From the NCBI GenBank assembly GCA_963771175.1, contig CAVYSY010000032.1:320001-384000 (forward strand): a DNA stretch of 64,000 nucleotides, given 5' to 3'. Shown here one piece after another: positions 35,185-44,981 of the stretch. The stretch comes from an uncultured delta proteobacterium (GTDB lineage Bacteria; Myxococcota; Myxococcia; Myxococcales; Myxococcaceae). The notes beneath the pieces are model-generated. The model had not been told where the DNA came from. It worked only from the letters and a program-made list of their open reading frames with translations, and made no database searches. Both the position numbers and the translations under genes were made by a program. The stretch's first letter is position 1, and each line of letters opens with the position of its first letter.

Positions 35185-35805
35185 ATGCCTCGCCCCCGCC
35201 TCCTCCCTGAACCCGTCGGCCTGCACCTGGCCTCCCTCGAAGCCCCGCCCGACTGGGACGCGGAGTTCGGCTTCTCCGGCCCCCTGGAGCTGGAGATCGG
35301 CTCCGGTGCCGGCGGCCACGCCCTGGAGTACTGCCGCCGCCACCCCGAGGTGCGCTTCGTCGCCTTCGAGTGGCGCAAGAAGTACGCGCGCGACACCCTG
35401 GACCGTGGCCACAAGATGGGCCTGCGCAACCTGCGCGTGCTCGAGGCGGACGCCCGCTTCGTGGTGCCGCGCATCTTCGCCCCCAACTCGCTGGACACCA
35501 TCCACCTCCAGTTCCCCGACCCCTGGTGGAAGCGCGCCCACTACAAGCGAGCCGTCATCCAGCCCGAGTTCGCCAGGCTGCTGCTGGACCGGCTCAAGCC
35601 CGGGGGCCTGTTCGACATGCGCACGGACGTCCAGGACCGGGGCGTGTCCATGCTCGCCATCCTCGAGGACGCCGGCTTCGTCAACCCGCTCGGCAAGGGT
35701 GTGTTCCATCCTTATGACCCCGAGGAAGTTCCCTCCACGCGAGAGCGGCGATACCTGGCCAGCGGCGAGCCCGTGTACCGCGCCCGCCTGCGCAAGCCCG
35801 CCTGA
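35185..35805 (+). CDS. trmB: tRNA (guanine-N7)-methyltransferase
   Basis: LEIGSGAG SAM motif, FPDPWWKRAH, RTD. Confidence 0.9.
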   Translation: MPRPRLLPEPVGLHLASLEAPPDWDAEFGFSGPLELEIGSGAGGHALEYCRRHPEVRFVAFEWRKKYARDTLDRGHKMGLRNLRVLEADARFVVPRIFAPNSLDTIHLQFPDPWWKRAHYKRAVIQPEFARLLLDRLKPGGLFDMRTDVQDRGVSMLAILEDAGFVNPLGKGVFHPYDPEEVPSTRERRYLASGEPVYRARLRKPA

Positions 35806-35903
35806 GGAGCCGCCGGGCCGGGGGTGACTTGGCAGTCATGCCGCATCCGGGGAAGAATCAGCCTTCCCCAAAGGTCCCGGGGCACGGGGTGGATGGCAGC
35901 AAC

Positions 35904-36978
35904 ATGGCGGATGGCTCGAGCAAGAAGATGGTGGAGACGCCCCGCCGCGTCGCGTCCGCGAACCTCCTCGCGGATCGCACCATCCTGCTCGTCGATGACG
36001 AGCCGGCCAACATCCGCCACGTGCGAGAGGGGCTGGCCGCTCACGGCTACCGCTTCCGCGAGGCCTACGACGGCACCGAGGCGCTGCGCTCCCTGCGCGA
36101 AGTGAGGCCGGACCTCATCATCATGGACGTGGAGATGCCGCGGCTGGGCGGGGTGGAGGTGTGCCGCATCATCAAGGCCAATGGCGGCGAGGGCGGCTTC
36201 GGCTTCATCCCCGTCATCCTCGTGACGGCGCGGCAGGCCGCGGGCAAGGTGGAGGGCCTGGAGCTGGGGGCGGACGACTACCTGGTCAAACCCTTCGACA
36301 TGCTGGAGCTGTCCGCGCGCGTGAAGTCCATGCTGCGCCTCAAGGTGCTGCAGGACGCGGTGGTGGAGAAGAACCGCGAGCTGGACCACAAGAACCGCGA
36401 GCTGGACCGGGCCAACAGGGAGCTGGCCCAGAAGCGCGAGGAGCTGCTGGCCCTCACCCGCACGGACGCGCTCACCGGCCTCAACAACCGCCGCTACTTC
36501 GAGGAGCGTCTGACCGAGGAGTTCGCCCGCTCCACGCGCTACCGCTCGCCGCTGTCGCTGGTGATGATGGACATCGACCACTTCAAGCGGATCAACGACA
36601 CCTACGGGCACCCCTTCGGCGACGAGGTGCTGCGCCGGGTGGCCCAGACGGTGCGCGGAAAAGCTGCGGGAGGTGGACTTCGTGGCGCGCTACGGTGGCG
36701 AGGAGCTCATCGCCCTGCTGCCCGAGACGGGGCCCAAGGAGGCACTCGGGGCGTGCGAGCGCGTGCGCGAGGCCATCGCCGCCATCCAACTGGAGCACCG
36801 CGCCCCGGACGGCACGCGCAAGCCCGTGCAGGTCACCGCCTCGCTCGGAGTGGCCAACATGCCCTCCAAGAGCCTGCTGTCCGTGGACGAGCTGCTGCGA
36901 GCGGCGGATACCTGCCTCTACGAGGCCAAGGCGGCCGGCCGCAACTGCGTCCGCCAATACCAGGAGCCCCCAGAGTGA
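35904..36978 (+). CDS. Response-regulator diguanylate cyclase (REC-coiled coil-GGDEF); apparent extra A near 36659-36662
   Basis: REC (LVDDE, MDVEMP, GADDYLVKPF), TDALTGLNNRR, DIDHFKRINDTYGH, then in a shifted frame LREVDFVARYGGEEL (RxxD I-site plus active site). Confidence 0.92.
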
Positions 36979-37025
36979 CACTGCCCCTTGGCGAGCGCGG
37001 ATCTTTGGCCTACATGGCAAGAACC

Positions 37026-37442
37026 ATGCGCCTGCTGCCCGCGATGTCGCTCCTCCTGCTGCTCCTGCTGGGACTCGGCGGTTGCAACCGACCCAGCTAC
37101 GACACGCCGGTGAAGGCCTACCAGACCTTCCACCGGGCGGTGCAGCGGCGAGAAGCCAAGATTGCTTATGGCTCCCTTTCGAAAACCACCCAGGATGCCC
37201 TCCAGGCCCGGGCCCAGACGGTGGCCCAGGCTTCCGGAGGCGCGGTGAAGGCAGATCCGGTAGCCTTGTTCTTCGCGAATGTTCCTCCGCCCGCCGATGT
37301 TACGGAGGTCACTCTCTTGAGCGAGGAAGGAGATGTAGCCAAGGTGAGCGTGGTTTCCTCGACCGGAAAGAGTCAGGTCCGGATGGTTCGTGAACCGTCC
37401 GGATGGAAGGTAGACCTTACGGAGTCCCTCCAGCAGCCGTGA
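37026..37442 (+). CDS. Hypothetical lipoprotein (NTF2/DUF4878-like)
   Basis: LLLLLLLGLGGC lipobox; C-terminal MVREPSGWKVDL. Confidence 0.75.
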   Translation: MRLLPAMSLLLLLLLGLGGCNRPSYDTPVKAYQTFHRAVQRREAKIAYGSLSKTTQDALQARAQTVAQASGGAVKADPVALFFANVPPPADVTEVTLLSEEGDVAKVSVVSSTGKSQVRMVREPSGWKVDLTESLQQP

Positions 37443-37488
37443 GAACAGGCCTCCCCCAGGCCGCTCGCGCATCAGGTAGCCTACAAAC

Positions 37489-38733
37489 GTGAACGATCGG
37501 AAGACACGGCGGATTGCCCCCGCAGTCGAGGTCATCCGGCGCCCGGCCGCCACTCCTGGCACCCCCGCGCCAACCCCGACGCCTGCGGCGTCCGTTTCCC
37601 CCCGGCCTACGCCAACTCCCACCCCACGGCCCGCCCCCGTGCCGACACCGACGTCCACCGCGGCGCCGAGCCCGTCGGTTCCCGTGATGCCCCGGCCCAC
37701 GCCCCGGCCCACGCCGACGGCTCCGGTATCCCCGACGGCTCCGGTGGCCGCCACGGCACCGGTGTCCCCGGCGGCCCCCGCTTCCACGGCTCCCGTGGCG
37801 CCACGCCCGATGTCCCCCTCCCCCACCGCGCCGAGGCCCGGCCCCTTCGCCGGTCGTACGCCAGGGGCGGGCTCGATGGGCCGGCCCGGGGGTGGATTCG
37901 GACGTCCGCGGACGCCTCGCCCGCCTCCGACTCCCGAGCAGATCCTCGCGCTCGCCGTCAAGGAGCACGTGCCTGCCCGCATCGCCAAGGGCGACCTCGA
38001 GGGCAAGATGAAGTGCCGGGTGTGGCGCAAGCTGCACGCCGAGGAGGCCAAGCGGTTCGATCAGGTGTACGACCTGATGGCCAAGAACCCGGGGCTGTCC
38101 CTGCCGGACGGCTTCGGTGTGCTGCAGAGCGGCCTGTCCGTGGCCGACTTCCTCGCACGCAAGGAGCGCACCCAGCGCAAGGCCGCCGTGAAGCAGGCCC
38201 GCGGCGAGGTGGATGACTCCTCGGTGAGCGCCTTCATCAACGGACTGTTGGAGTCGAAGACCGAGCTGGCCGTCGTGCTGGGCGAGCGCACCGTGCTCGA
38301 CACCCTGTCCACTGTGGAGCCCATCTCCTTCCTGCTCACCCGCAGCGGGCGACTGGAGAAGCTCCAGGTCGTCATGCTCACGCGCAGGTCGGACTGGGAT
38401 CTGCTCACGCCCCAGCTCGAGCGAGACCCGAAGCTGGCCCAGAAGCCCGCCAACGTCGCGCGTCAGCCGGACAAGCGCCCGTTCTCGGATCCCCGGCCCT
38501 TCCTCGACCACCAGGGCGAGCGCGTGCGGCTCACGCTGCGCAACGGCATCCAGTTCGAATCGACGCTGCGCGTGGTGGGACGCTTCGACCTCATCCTCGG
38601 TGAGGACGGACACGAGCTGTTCATCCCCCTGCACGCCCTGGTGCGCTTCTCCGCGGCGGATACCTCGGAGGAGATGGACATGGAAGACACGGACATGGAT
38701 ATGTCCGACGACGAGACCGAGCAGAACGCCTAG
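37489..38733 (+). CDS. Hypothetical protein: Pro-rich N-terminus, two putative Hfq/Sm-like domains, acidic tail
   Basis: C-terminal segment DPRPFL..ERVRLTLRNGI...FDLIL...PLHAL resembles the Hfq Sm1/Sm2 motifs (see findings). Confidence 0.7.
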   Translation: MNDRKTRRIAPAVEVIRRPAATPGTPAPTPTPAASVSPRPTPTPTPRPAPVPTPTSTAAPSPSVPVMPRPTPRPTPTAPVSPTAPVAATAPVSPAAPASTAPVAPRPMSPSPTAPRPGPFAGRTPGAGSMGRPGGGFGRPRTPRPPPTPEQILALAVKEHVPARIAKGDLEGKMKCRVWRKLHAEEAKRFDQVYDLMAKNPGLSLPDGFGVLQSGLSVADFLARKERTQRKAAVKQARGEVDDSSVSAFINGLLESKTELAVVLGERTVLDTLSTVEPISFLLTRSGRLEKLQVVMLTRRSDWDLLTPQLERDPKLAQKPANVARQPDKRPFSDPRPFLDHQGERVRLTLRNGIQFESTLRVVGRFDLILGEDGHELFIPLHALVRFSAADTSEEMDMEDTDMDMSDDETEQNA

Positions 38734-38748
38734 CCGCGAGGAACGCCG

Positions 38749-39183
38749 ATGACCTCCTTTGTCTCCCGAATCATCAAGCCCTTGCTGGCGCTCACCCTGG
38801 CGGCCGCGGTGCTGAGTTCCGCACAGGGCTGCTCCAAGGACCCGAAGCCGGCGGAGCCCTCCGCCCCAGCCGCCGCTGCCCCGGCCGCCGCCGCCCAGCC
38901 GGCGAAGCCCGGTGAGCCGCGCACCATCGCGCTCTCCGTCACCGAGAAGGGCTACGAGCCGAGCCCCATCACCCTCAAGCAGGGCGAGCCCGTGAAGCTG
39001 GTGCTGACCCGCACCACGGACCACACCTGCGCGACGGAGATCGTCCTCGACGAGTACGGCATCAACACGAAGCTGCCCCTCAACCAGCCGGTGGAGGTGT
39101 CCTTCACCCCCGACAAGACGGGCAAGCTCGTCTACGGCTGCGCGATGGGGAAGATGATCAGCGGCGTGTTCATGGTGGAGTAG
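38749..39183 (+). CDS. Cupredoxin-like (EfeO/CupA-type) exported protein
   Basis: VTEKGYEPSPI..GEPVKL, TC, YGCAMGKMISG. Confidence 0.85.
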   Translation: MTSFVSRIIKPLLALTLAAAVLSSAQGCSKDPKPAEPSAPAAAAPAAAAQPAKPGEPRTIALSVTEKGYEPSPITLKQGEPVKLVLTRTTDHTCATEIVLDEYGINTKLPLNQPVEVSFTPDKTGKLVYGCAMGKMISGVFMVE

Positions 39184-39241
39184 CACCGCCGCACAGAGGG
39201 GGCCGGCCACACCCGCGCGGTGTGGAGGCCCCCTTCGTGTA

Positions 39242-40816
39242 TCAATCCCTCGGCCCCTGGTAGACGACCTCCTCCGAGAGGGGCGCATCCGCCGGCAGCG
39301 GGCACGAGATGGGTTGGGCCAGCTTCGCGGCGCGGTGGCGCGCGAGGTGGAAGGCCGGCCAGCCCCCCGGCATCGGCTTGGAGAAGCCGCAGAACATGTT
39401 CCGGACGTTCCACGCGAGCACGCTCTCGGGCGCCTGGGCCATGGCGGCGAGCTCCGGCGCGGCGTCCTCGGACAGAGACAGCACCATGTAGGCCTCGTCC
39501 AGCCCGTGGCCATTCTCGGAGCGCTCGAGGTTGCCGCGCGCGATGAAGGCGTCCGGGTTGAGCACGTTGAGCGCGGCGAGGAAGCCGAGCGCCCCCACGA
39601 AGGCACCGAGGGCGAAGCGCTCCGGGCGCCACCACAGCGTCACCGCGCGCCACGCGAGCACCCCGGCCAGGGCCACCATGAAGACGTGCGTGTACACGCG
39701 CAGGTGCGTGTAGCCGTAGACGGACTCGTAGAGCGCCATGCGCTTCACCGCCGAGGCCAGGATGAGCAGTACCAGACCCACCATCGCCGAGCACGCCGCC
39801 CGGAAGGCGGTGAGCTGCCCCTGGCCCTGGAGCCGCGTCCAGCGCGCCAGCGCCATGCTGAGGCCCAGCGTCATCATCGACACCGTGAGCAGCTCGAAGA
39901 AGCCTCGGCGGGCGTACTCGGCGTAGGTGAGGCCCGAGGGCAGGCGCGCCTCGCCGAAGAGGAAGGCGAGCTGGATGGCGGCGAAGCCCAGGAAGAGCAG
40001 GTCCACCAGGCCCAGGAGCGTGAGGCTCTCGGTGAAGCCCAGGCGGGCCACGGCCGGAGCCACCTCCGTCTCACCGGCCTCGCTGCCATGGCGGCGCCGC
40101 CGCAGCGCGTGGGCGAGCAGGCCGAGCGCCGCGAACGCACCAGCACCGATGAACACCAGCCGCGCGACGGTGTCCAGGAACGACAGGCCCAGGTCGAAGG
40201 ACAGCACCCGCGCCACCGCGTTCTCGAAGACCGCGTCCGCCGAGGCGAGCAGCGCGGTGAAGATGAACAGCACGGGCACGGCGAGCAGCGCTCCGCGCAG
40301 TACGGGCATCAGCTTCGGCACCTGCTTGCGGGCCGCGGACAGGTCCACTTCCGAGTACACCACTCCCGGAGGGAGGATGGCGGCACGGACGAACGTCCCG
40401 AGCGCGGTGAACGGGTAGCTCCACAGCCCGAGCCGCTCCACGCGCCCGGCCGCCCAGAAGTGGGTGACGAGCAGCAGCAGGAAGCCCGAGGCGAGCACGT
40501 TGAGCGTGGTGAGGAAGGGGCTCGCGCGCACGAAGACCATGCCGGAGAAGAACATCAGCGGCACGAGCAGCCAGGAGTTGGGACTGGCCCGCTGCCAGCC
40601 CTCGCGGCCTCCCAGGGCGAGCAGCGCCGTGAGGAAGAGCACGACGAACAGCGGGAACGACAGGCCGAGCGCGGGCCCATCGAAGAGCACCTCGGCGCAG
40701 AGGCCCAGCCCGAGCGCCGCGAGCAACGTCGCGCGAGGCCGGCGCAGCCGGGGAACGGCGGGTGCGGAGGGCGCTTCGACAGTGGGGGTCGGGAAGCCAG
40801 TGGCGGTGATCGTCAT
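39242..40816 (-). CDS. DUF4153/DUF4173-like multi-pass membrane protein
   Basis: LLASADAVF, TYAEYARRGFFEL, RMALYESVYGYTHLR, NPDAFIA. Confidence 0.8.
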   Translation of the reverse strand: MTITATGFPTPTVEAPSAPAVPRLRRPRATLLAALGLGLCAEVLFDGPALGLSFPLFVVLFLTALLALGGREGWQRASPNSWLLVPLMFFSGMVFVRASPFLTTLNVLASGFLLLLVTHFWAAGRVERLGLWSYPFTALGTFVRAAILPPGVVYSEVDLSAARKQVPKLMPVLRGALLAVPVLFIFTALLASADAVFENAVARVLSFDLGLSFLDTVARLVFIGAGAFAALGLLAHALRRRRHGSEAGETEVAPAVARLGFTESLTLLGLVDLLFLGFAAIQLAFLFGEARLPSGLTYAEYARRGFFELLTVSMMTLGLSMALARWTRLQGQGQLTAFRAACSAMVGLVLLILASAVKRMALYESVYGYTHLRVYTHVFMVALAGVLAWRAVTLWWRPERFALGAFVGALGFLAALNVLNPDAFIARGNLERSENGHGLDEAYMVLSLSEDAAPELAAMAQAPESVLAWNVRNMFCGFSKPMPGGWPAFHLARHRAAKLAQPISCPLPADAPLSEEVVYQGPRD

Positions 40817-41128
40817 ACGGGACTCCGAGAGCGCGAGTTCGCGCGGTGCAGTGCAAGGTTGGGCCCATCCAGGGCGCTGGCGAGGGCCCGCACGCCGAAC
40901 GGTCGGTTCGCGGCACCGAGCGGTCGCGAGGTGACTCCGCGTCCAGTACCCGATACCGACGTCCCGCCTCGGGCGTGTCCGGGTCGCCACGGCTGCGGCC
41001 GGTGAACCGCACACCCGCCCCGCGTGAAATCCGCGGCGCGATTCACTGCTCGTCTGTTCCGTCCCGACCCCGGACGCCCCGTTTCTCGGCATGACGCTCG
41101 AAGGCGGTTAGGCTGCGCCCTCTTCCCC

Positions 41129-44083
41129 ATGGGCGGCGCGGCGGAGCTCTTCAACCGACATGTATTCCTGGACCTCGAGACGACGGGGTTGGATCCGCGC
41201 GTCGACGAGGTCATCGAGTTCGGCGCCCTCTTCGTCGAGAACGGTCAGGTGGTGGACCGCTACGTCCACTTCTTCGCCGCCTCGCGCCCCCTGGCCCTCA
41301 CCATCCGCCGGCTCACGGGCATCGAGGACTCGATGCTCGCTGGCATGCCCCGGCTCGCGGACAAGGTGCCCGAGCTGCGCAAGAAGCTCGCCGGCTGGAC
41401 GGTGGTGGCCCACAACGCCTCCTTCGAGAAGGGCTTCCTCCCGGAGCTGCTCGGCCCCATCCGCGCCCCGGTGCTCGACTCGTGCGAGCTGATGCACTAC
41501 CTGCACCCGGAGCTCTCCAGCCACTCGCTGGAGTCCCTGCTCCGCTGGGCCGGCAAGGGCCCTCGCTCGCGGCACCGCGCCATGACGGACTGCGAGGCCA
41601 CCCACGCCGTGCTCGTCCACGCGATGGAGGGCTGCATCCGCGACGGGCGCGCCGAGGACCTCGCCGACCTGCTGGAGACGTTGGATCCACGCGCCGCGCT
41701 GCGGCTGGCGCAGATTGAAGCCGGTGAGTCCGGGCTGGAGCTGGACCTGGAGGGAGATGTCGACCCGGAGGCGAGGCCCCTCGTCTCGCTGCTCACCGGG
41801 CTGTGGAAGCTGTGCCGGGCGAGCCCCGCCGCGCTGAAGCTGGAGGCCACGGGTTTCCTCCCCGGCCGCCCCGAGCGCCTGCGGCTCAACGGCACGAAGC
41901 CACCTCCCGAGCCGGATGAGAGCACCCCCGTGCTGCCCGTGCGCGCCGAGGAGGTGTCGGCGCTGCTCGGCCCCGGCGGTGCCCTGGAGCGCGCCCAGGA
42001 GGGCTTCGCCGCCCGCCCCGCGCAGCTCGAGATGGCCCAGGCCGTGGCGAACACGCTGTCCGACGGTGGGCAGCTCGCGGTGGAGGCCGGCACGGGCACG
42101 GGCAAGTCGCTCGCGTATCTGGCGCCCGCGGCCCTCTTCGCCGCTCGCAACGGGCGCAAGGTGGGCGTGGCTCCCCACACCAAGACGCTGCAGGACCAGC
42201 TCATCGAGAAGGACCTGCCCCGCCTGCACCGCGCCACCGGCGGCGCCTTCTCGTACACGCTCCTCAAGGGCCAGACGAACTACCTCTGCCGCCGCCGCGC
42301 GCTGGACGTCACCCGCGTGGAGCCCGGCATGAGCCACGCCGCCCGCGCTCCCCGGGCCTACCTGCGCGCCCTGATGCGCCGCAGCCTGGATGGAGACCTC
42401 GACCGGCTGAGCCACTGGTTCCGCGATCGCTTCCCCGTGCTCATCGCCCTGGCGCCAGCGGTGCGCTCGGAGGCGGCCACCACGCTCGGCGAGCGCTGCC
42501 CGCACTTCCACCGGTGCTACTACCACTCGGCGGTGGCCCAGGCGCGAGACGCGGACGTGCTCGTCATCAACCAGTCGCTCGCCTTCGCGTGGCCCCAGCG
42601 CTACCCGAAGATGGAGCACCTGGTGCTCGACGAGGCGCACGAGGTGGAGGACGTGGCCACCACCGCGCTCTCCTCGGAGCTGTCGGACTTCGCCTTCAGC
42701 CGGCTCACCGAGCGGCTCCACGGACGCGACGGGCGGCGCGGTCTCTTCGCTGAATTGCGACGGGCCCTCTTCGCCTCGCGGCGCGCGGAGGCTCGCGTGC
42801 TGATGAGCGAGATTGAAAGCGCCCTGCTCTCGGTGGGCTCTGCCGTGCGGGGGCTGGGCGAGCGCGTGGTGGCCCTGTGCGAGCCGGCCTCCGCGAGTGC
42901 CTCCGAGGACGCGGACGAGACCGCCTACGCGCCGGAGCTGCGCATCACCGCCGAGGTGCGGGCCTCTCCCGCGTGGGAGCCGGTGCGCGAGGGCCTGCTG
43001 GACGTGCGCGAGTGCATCCAGTCGCTGCACAAGCTGCTCACGGTGGGGCTGCCGGAGATATTGCCGGACCTGGCGGTGAAGATTCCGCCGCTGGAGCGAG
43101 AGCTGGCGGGGGCCGTCGCGGAGGTGCTGGAGCTGACGACGCTCGCGTCCGAGCTGTCCGACGAGCCGGCGGAGGGCCGGTGCTACGCGGCCACGGCGGT
43201 GCCTCGCAAGCAGCGCTGGAGCCTGAGCGCGCAGCCGGTGAACGTGGCGGCCTACGTGTCGCGGGACTTCGCGCAGCACAAGCGGTCGCTGGTGCTGGCC
43301 TCGGCCACGCTGAGCACGGGCACCGAGCGGATGCCGTACGTGCTCGGGCGGCTGGGGTTGGACGGGCGCAACGAGGGCATCCCCGCGCCCCGGATGCTGC
43401 GCGCGCCCACGCCCTTTGATTTGCGCAAGCAGGCGCTGGTGGTACTGGTGACGGACGCTCCGCGCGCGCACGAGGAGGCGTTCATCGACTGGGCCGCGAC
43501 GCGCGTGTCGGGGCTGGCGCAGGTGATGGGCGGGCGGGTGCTGGGGCTGTTCGCCTCGACGCGGCGGATGGAGCGCGTGGGCGACCAGGTGAAGGCGCGG
43601 CTGGAGCCGCAGGGCATCGAGGTGATGCGGCAGTCGCGCGGGCACGGACGCTCGCTGGCGGCGCGGCAGGAGAAGGACACCGGCACGGTGCTGCTGGGGA
43701 CGAAGAGCTTCTGGCAGGGCGTGGACATCCCCGGCCGGGGCGTGGGCTGCGTCTTCATCGACAAGCTGCCGCTGGAGCCCGCCAGCCGCCCGCTGGTGGC
43801 CGCGCGCGAGGAGCCCCTGGCTCGTGGAGGCAACGCGCACCTGGGCTTCCTCCACTACCGGCTCCCCCGCGCGCTGCTGATGCTGCGCCAGGGCGTGGGC
43901 CGGCTCATCCGCTCGCACGGGGATCGGGGCGTGGTCGTCATCGCCGACCCCGGCCATCCCAGCTACCGGCAACTGCTGCTGGACGCGCTCGCCGGCTACC
44001 GCGTGGAGCTGCTCCCCTGGTCCGAGGCCCGCGTGCGCATCTACGCCGCCATCGAGGAGATGGGGCTCATCCGCAGGGCCTGA
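41129..44083 (+). CDS. DEDDh 3'-5' exonuclease fused to a DinG-family helicase
   Basis: FLDLETTGLD, HNASFE, HRAMTD; EAGTGTGKS, DEAH, SATL, SFWQGVD, QGVGRLIRS. Confidence 0.92.
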   Translation: MGGAAELFNRHVFLDLETTGLDPRVDEVIEFGALFVENGQVVDRYVHFFAASRPLALTIRRLTGIEDSMLAGMPRLADKVPELRKKLAGWTVVAHNASFEKGFLPELLGPIRAPVLDSCELMHYLHPELSSHSLESLLRWAGKGPRSRHRAMTDCEATHAVLVHAMEGCIRDGRAEDLADLLETLDPRAALRLAQIEAGESGLELDLEGDVDPEARPLVSLLTGLWKLCRASPAALKLEATGFLPGRPERLRLNGTKPPPEPDESTPVLPVRAEEVSALLGPGGALERAQEGFAARPAQLEMAQAVANTLSDGGQLAVEAGTGTGKSLAYLAPAALFAARNGRKVGVAPHTKTLQDQLIEKDLPRLHRATGGAFSYTLLKGQTNYLCRRRALDVTRVEPGMSHAARAPRAYLRALMRRSLDGDLDRLSHWFRDRFPVLIALAPAVRSEAATTLGERCPHFHRCYYHSAVAQARDADVLVINQSLAFAWPQRYPKMEHLVLDEAHEVEDVATTALSSELSDFAFSRLTERLHGRDGRRGLFAELRRALFASRRAEARVLMSEIESALLSVGSAVRGLGERVVALCEPASASASEDADETAYAPELRITAEVRASPAWEPVREGLLDVRECIQSLHKLLTVGLPEILPDLAVKIPPLERELAGAVAEVLELTTLASELSDEPAEGRCYAATAVPRKQRWSLSAQPVNVAAYVSRDFAQHKRSLVLASATLSTGTERMPYVLGRLGLDGRNEGIPAPRMLRAPTPFDLRKQALVVLVTDAPRAHEEAFIDWAATRVSGLAQVMGGRVLGLFASTRRMERVGDQVKARLEPQGIEVMRQSRGHGRSLAARQEKDTGTVLLGTKSFWQGVDIPGRGVGCVFIDKLPLEPASRPLVAAREEPLARGGNAHLGFLHYRLPRALLMLRQGVGRLIRSHGDRGVVVIADPGHPSYRQLLLDALAGYRVELLPWSEARVRIYAAIEEMGLIRRA

Positions 44084-44169
44084 GTCAGGCCGAGCCCTGT
44101 TGTGGCTCCTCCAGAGCTACGAACCTGCTTCAGGAAGCTACCACCCGGCGCGGAGGACTTCGGGCCAGC

Positions 44170-44916
44170 TCACGTTTCCCACTCGAACGTGTCCGCCGCC
44201 TCCTCGATGATGCGGGGCGCCAGCACCTTGAGCAGGTCCTCGGGCTTCGCTCCCGACGCCTGCACCTCCACATCTCCCAGCAGCGCCTGGTCCGGATAGC
44301 CGATGCACACCATCCGCACCACCAGGCCTCCTTCTTCCGTGGGCTGGATCTCCGCCGTCACCCGGAAGCCGGAGATGCCGTGCTTGCGCAGCACCCCCTT
44401 CGCCGCCGCCTTGCTCTCCTTCGCCGGGGCCAGCATCGCGCCCATCTGCGCCAGCTTCCGCCGCATCCGGGCCTCGGTGACCTTCACCACCTCCGGCCGC
44501 AGCTTGCCCGTCTTGTCCTTCACCCCACCGAGCTGCACGTAGACCTTCGGGGGGAGTGCCTTCAGCGCCTGGAGCGTCTCGATGGACGCCTTGATGGCCG
44601 TCTGCGCCGCCGCGTCCGTCTCGCTCTTGCGGGCCTTCAAGCACTCCAGCCCGGCCACTTCCTTCAGCTTCCCCAGCGCCTGGGCCGCCGCCGCGCGCAC
44701 CTGCTCGCTCGGGTCCTTCAGCCCGTCGCACAGCGGCTTGAGTGCCTCTGGATCATCCGAGGACCCCAGGCCCTGTGCGGCCTGGGAGCGCAACCGCGGC
44801 TCCTGCCCCTGACCGAGCTGTTTGCTCAGCGAGGCGATCCGGGAATCCACCTGGGCCAGCACAGCACCAGGCAGGGTGAGCAGGACGAGGGCGAGCAGCG
44901 AGAACGGGCTCCGCAT
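44170..44916 (-). CDS. Exported HEAT-repeat protein (paralog 1)
   Basis: Signal peptide; LCDGLKDPSEQVRAAAAQALGKL HEAT motif. Confidence 0.85.
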   Translation of the reverse strand: MRSPFSLLALVLLTLPGAVLAQVDSRIASLSKQLGQGQEPRLRSQAAQGLGSSDDPEALKPLCDGLKDPSEQVRAAAAQALGKLKEVAGLECLKARKSETDAAAQTAIKASIETLQALKALPPKVYVQLGGVKDKTGKLRPEVVKVTEARMRRKLAQMGAMLAPAKESKAAAKGVLRKHGISGFRVTAEIQPTEEGGLVVRMVCIGYPDQALLGDVEVQASGAKPEDLLKVLAPRIIEEAADTFEWET

Positions 44917-44981
44917 TCAGGGGACGAATCCTAGCCTGGACCGTGGCGAGAAACGCACGCCTCCGGGCATGGCGCGCCGCG

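Noticed and set aside
35829..37442. Apparent diguanylate cyclase-lipoprotein fusion (537 aa)
   Set aside because: An extra A near 36660 diverts the frame. The GGEEL half is in ORF 36673-36978 and the lipoprotein has its own signal peptide.
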